A DNA stretch of 64,000 nt from Eledone cirrhosa. Taxonomy: Eukaryota. The DNA lies in the NCBI GenBank assembly GCA_964016885.1, contig OZ024743.1, positions 301,940,001-302,004,000 on the forward strand, read 5' to 3'. The translations under genes were made by a program, and so were the position numbers. Positions within the stretch are counted from its first letter, which is position 1, and every line of letters starts with the position of its first letter. The notes below the pieces were generated by a model. That model was given only the letters and a program-made list of their open reading frames with translations, searched no databases and was not told where the DNA came from. This document shows positions 57,739 through 64,000 of this stretch, in pieces.

Positions 57739-57742
<4 letters not shown>
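57377..57742. repeat. ~103-bp direct repeat pair enclosing a tRNA-like (SINE head) sequence
   Basis: 57378-57479 matches 57638-57740; minus strand 57525-57582 has TGGTGTAATGG (A box) and GGTTCGACTC (B box). Confidence 0.65.
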
Positions 57743-57793
<51 letters not shown>

Positions 57794-58168
57794 AGATTTG
57801 AATGGATACAGTTTAGTTGAAAGGAATTTATTGACACGTGTTTCTATAACAGTTACATAACCTAAAACAGCTATCTACAAACTTTTAGTTATGCAGACAT
57901 TCAATATTTCAATGTTATTATTTACTGTCATTTCATCAGAATAATATTACTGAGGACCTATTTAGTTTTTATAGAGAATATTAGGAGGGAGGGGTGAAGT
58001 TGTTAGAAGAATAGTTGAAGGAGTGGTTTTTCGATAGCAGTGAGAATTCTTGGTGGCAGTGAGTAATTAGATTCCCATCTGTTGTTTTGACATTTTTTAT
58101 AGAATATATTATTGGTTCTTATACATATGTGTATATATTTAAGTATATATAAATATATAAATATATAA

Positions 58169-58340
<172 letters not shown>

Positions 58341-59430
58341 TTATATATTTATATATTTATATATACTTAAATATATACACATATGTATATGAATCACATA
58401 TATATTTACATACATACACACAGAGACATAAACAATTACGCTTACATATTCACAAAAAAAACATATTTGTGTGTCTGTTTCCATGTGTGTGTTTATGTTT
58501 TGTGAATATGTAAGTGTACTTGTTCATGTGTTTGTGTGTATGTATGTGAATATATATGTGATTTTTATTGATAAAACCTTATAAATGACAACAGTATTAT
58601 ATTGAATTAAATAAAATCCAGTATTATTTCATCATTCGTTCAAAGCCTGCTTGTAAGTAAATGTAACTTGTAAATAGAAATTATGCTGTGCCAGCAGTAT
58701 TTATGAAGTTCAGAATCTTAGAAAAATATAAATTATACAATTAACAAAGTATAAATTATATTCCTCAATATAATGTTAGTTTATCTGTGCTTCATAACTG
58801 CGTAAATATATAAATTTCATTCCAGCATAAAGAATAATTTCACTAATTGCCTGCCTAGATATATTTTACTTAAAAGTTCATAATGGTTTCTTGTCATTAA
58901 AGATTTATAAGTTGTGTTTACTGCAGCAACGGAGGAAATGAGTCTAATGCTGAGAATCTTATATCATTCACATATGCATATATATGTCTTAACAACTCAC
59001 GACATTTTGTAATGTCATATTACATACATATATGCATTATTCCAACTATATTTCGGAATATGAAGTTGAATCATCAATCAGGGAAATGTTATCTTCTTGT
59101 ATACCCCACGATAGAAGAAGATCCTATTTTAAATAATGTCTCATTAAAAACAATTGATTTTAATACTAGGAAAAATAATCAAGTTTGCAATTTTCAACTG
59201 TTGAAAATTGCAAACTTGACTCTCAGCACACATTATGAACATGAAAATTGTGAAAGCATGAAAGTGCTTGTTCAATTAACACTTAACATTTAATATTCTA
59301 TCATACTATTTCATTATAATACCATTATATATTTTAAAGGATTGTAAATAAAACGAGTAAATCAGACAAAGTTGGAATTCCTCTTATTAATATAATCTTC
59401 TATACACAATCATACACACCCGTGTATATT

Positions 59431-59513
<83 letters not shown>

Positions 59514-59529
59514 ATATATATATATATAT

Positions 59530-60423
59530 ACACAGTCATAATTTGGTAGGTTCCTGTTGCCACTAAAACACACGCAACTGCTGGTTTTCACTTCAGGTTA
59601 TTTTAAATTTCCGGTTGGTTGGTTGCTTGGTTCGATAACCGCAAAGTTGTTTATACATTGTCAAAGCTCTTTCGTAACACTCTCTGTGACCTTCTCAATG
59701 ACATTTTTTTAAAATTGATTTAGTATGTATTTCCTTTCTACTGTCCTACACAATCTAGTTTTGTGTTGTGCGTGCTTAGTTTGCGCATGCGTTACATCCT
59801 GGTGTATGTGTTTTTATTTATTTATGTGTTCATTTATTTGTCACTAGTTGATTGTTTGTTCTATATGTGTGTGTCTGATTTGTTTTGTTATTTTGCTTTT
59901 AGGGTGTGTATATATGTTTTCATTTTGTCCTTAATTACTAGTTGTGTTGTTGTTATTCCAATCATGTTTACTGTTTAATTTTGGTTGGTATTCGTTTATA
60001 TTTGTTGCCTCTGTAATTTGTCTGAGCACTGCATCTTTTCTGCATGTGGATTTACATTTCATCTCTATGTTCTCTAACATGGCCCTATGTTCTATTTTAG
60101 AATGTTGGTGGAGTACTGTAGAATTGTTCCCATCCTGGAGTTCTTGCCATTCTTCACATATCGTTTCTCCTATTCTACGGGCTGTTTCACCTATGAATGT
60201 AATATTATTATACCTACACTGTGGGGCGAAAGATCTCTGAGAGTATATAAACAACCTTCCGGCTATTGAACCAACCAACCGGAAATTTATAATATATTGC
60301 AGTGAAAGTCTTCAGGTGCGTGTGTTTTTATTAGCAACAAGACATTCCCAAAGTATAACAATATATGTTTCAACACACCTTTTCAGATAAGAATCTCGCA
60401 CGGCAAATTCAAAAACGAATTAG

Positions 60424-60425
<2 letters not shown>
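59530..60425 (-). mobile_element. Penelope-like GIY-YIG remnant with inverted pLTR pieces, same family as 8911-10372
   Basis: FIGETARRIGETICE...RQITEATNINEYQPKLN; about 59550-59680 is inverted relative to about 60225-60345. Confidence 0.82.
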
Positions 60426-60479
<54 letters not shown>

Positions 60480-60619
60480 ATACTTTTGGAGGGTCATGTT
60501 GCCAATAAGAAACACACGCACCAGTATACCCAAAGTATAACAATATCGGTTTCAACACACGATTTCAGATAAAGAATCTTGCTAAACAAATTCAGAAACG
60601 AAATATATATATATATATA

Positions 60620-62523
<1,904 letters not shown>

Positions 62524-64000
62524 TGTGTGAATGTGTGTGTGTGTGTGTGTGTGTGAATGTGTGTGTGTATTATGCCATTGTATATGCACGTAACTGAGGG
62601 TATACATTGGTAACTCATGAATACGTTCCAAATGATGTGTGAAATGGAGTTGATATTTCCGTTTGTACAGTCGGATGCATGTATTTCTTTGTATGCATTG
62701 GAATAATGCGGGCGAGGATACTGTGGTGGAGAGATGCGCCCGTTCCAAGTCGAATTATTAACTCTCACTCGGTCCAGTAACTACATTCTGTTTGGCAAAG
62801 TCCGAAACATATCCCTGTTGCCTAGAGTTCTTGACTGAATGAACATGGCAAGAAACGTGTGTGAAGTTATAAGTTGTATACCTCACATGTGTTTTACAAT
62901 TCCTTCCGACAGTTAGTCCTTTGCAGATGGTCCTCAAGTTCCTGTGCTGATTGAACTCCCGATGTCGGAGACGAAATCGTTGTAGGTGTAGAAGAAAAAG
63001 TAAAGTATGTGGAGGGAACGATTGTTCTGGATGCATTGGATGGAGAAGGAGCCGCAAAAGGGACAGGTATAACATCGGGAGTGTGAGCAAATCTCGCGTG
63101 TGTGTGGTTGGGTGAAAACATCGATAATAAATATTAATTTATTACCAATTAATGCAAACAAAATATTTCTATTATTATCACTAGAGAATTCAAACGAATC
63201 AATATGCTATCGATACTATCATGCATTTGTTCAAAAAGAAGAAGTCATTGCATATACATTTGCGTATATACTGGTGAACTAGGAATATTAAATCATCTGG
63301 TTTGACGACATATCGTCTGTACCATATCTATTTCCGAACCTAAAATATTGTCTGACACGTTTAGCTGTTTGGGAATGTGTACACATATTATTTTCTGTAG
63401 ATATCGTCTTAGATCTAAAGGAAGAAATATACATATATGTTGTTATGTCATGTTACATATACATTTCTCTATACAATGTCTACTATGTTATATGATGTGT
63501 TGTCGAAACAAAAGATCCATTGTCTGCATAATTTATAATATCGGAAACTGTAGTTTATTTTCCATTGATTTGCATGTCACGTTATCAAATAATCTTCATT
63601 CTGTATATCATTAGATGAAACGTAGTCCGGGGTGTCCTCTTATGACATCACTGAGTCAATTTGTTAATATCTTTATAAGATCGGGAACTGTTATACACAT
63701 ACCAGCCAAAGATGTATATCATTCGTTACAGAATATGTACGAAATATAAAGTAATTTTGATTATTTAGTATGAAATTCTCTTCTTCATTTTCTATATTTC
63801 TACTCTCTCGAAATTGTAATCATAACACGTTACATTATTGGAGGGCATAATGCTTTGAACATATATAGATTCACATGAACAGATCCAGTTTAGTTAATCT
63901 CTACCCCTGATATCTTGTATTTATCCAAAAATAATTAATCTAACGCAGGAACATCTACGGGGATATGTTGCTGTAATTTTACCTAACTAATTCAGACATG

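Overview
AT-rich eukaryotic genomic DNA, very likely from an octopod cephalopod: it carries octopus-type tRNA-derived SINEs and dense (TA)n/(CA)n/(GA)n microsatellites. No host gene can be called with confidence, and most listed ORFs are microsatellite artefacts. The window is a mosaic of retroelements: a near full-length Tx1/L1-clade LINE sitting in a (TATC)n array, a 5'-inverted RTE-clade LINE, an R4/Dong-like fragment, a non-autonomous Helitron, SINEs and many Penelope-like element (PLE) copies and remnants. Two patterns stand out. (1) About ten sequence-distinct families of hammerhead ribozyme (HHR) motifs occur, usually as outward-pointing inverted pairs, including tiny ORF-less fold-back elements. 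(2) One PLE copy has a sharply bounded, strand-specific A-to-G hypermutated GIY-YIG segment (48895-49217), which looks like ADAR A-to-I hyper-editing written back into the genome by retrotransposition. All calls were made by eye; element boundaries are approximate.
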